A program made the position numbers and the translations under genes. Under the pieces are notes generated by a model that saw nothing but the letters and a program-made list of their open reading frames with translations, was not told the origin of the DNA and searched no databases. A stretch of 63,800 bases of DNA, filler included, from Octopus bimaculoides (Eukaryota): NCBI RefSeq assembly GCF_001194135.2. It is 6 parts of 6 records of this genome, joined end to end, with 100 filler letters (N's around TTAATTAATTAA, not from the genome) between each part and the next. Parts side by side here need not be neighbours in the genome. Positions count along the whole stretch, not along the records: positions 62,054 to 63,800 come from NC_069003.1; 5 more parts are not named here. One strand, written 5' to 3'. The first letter of the stretch is position 1; each line of letters opens with the position of its first letter. Of the stretch, positions 63,759 through 63,800 are shown piece by piece.

Positions 63759-63800
63759 TTCTAGATGAAGAGAAGACACAGTTGTATTAAAGTTATATTC

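Overview
AT-rich, microsatellite- and transposon-dense animal genomic DNA with many N gaps. The repeat content looks cephalopod (Octopus-like); this is an inference, not a database result. The only host gene I can support is the 3' part of the mitochondrial replicative helicase Twinkle (TWNK): six + strand exons at 815-14967 with GT-AG boundaries in consistent phase. The rest is mostly decayed mobile DNA: RTE, Dong/R4, Tx1/L1 and CR1-like LINEs, a Penelope-like (PLE) GIY-YIG fragment, a Gypsy integrase scrap, mariner, hAT, Helitron-type elements and several SINE families. The most interesting signal is a recurring set of minimal hammerhead-ribozyme motifs (CTGANGA-stem II-GAAA-palindromic helix III-TH) of the PLE type. 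Each is followed by a roughly 100-300 nt tail that usually ends in a pyrimidine-rich TTCTCC-like motif, often next to a microsatellite. Several of these tails form fold-back palindromes with two outward-facing 3' ends (arms 72 to about 380 bp, one perfect 80-bp hairpin), and two palindromes carry a hammerhead motif on each strand. All folding and alignment was done by eye, and most ribozyme copies are degenerate.
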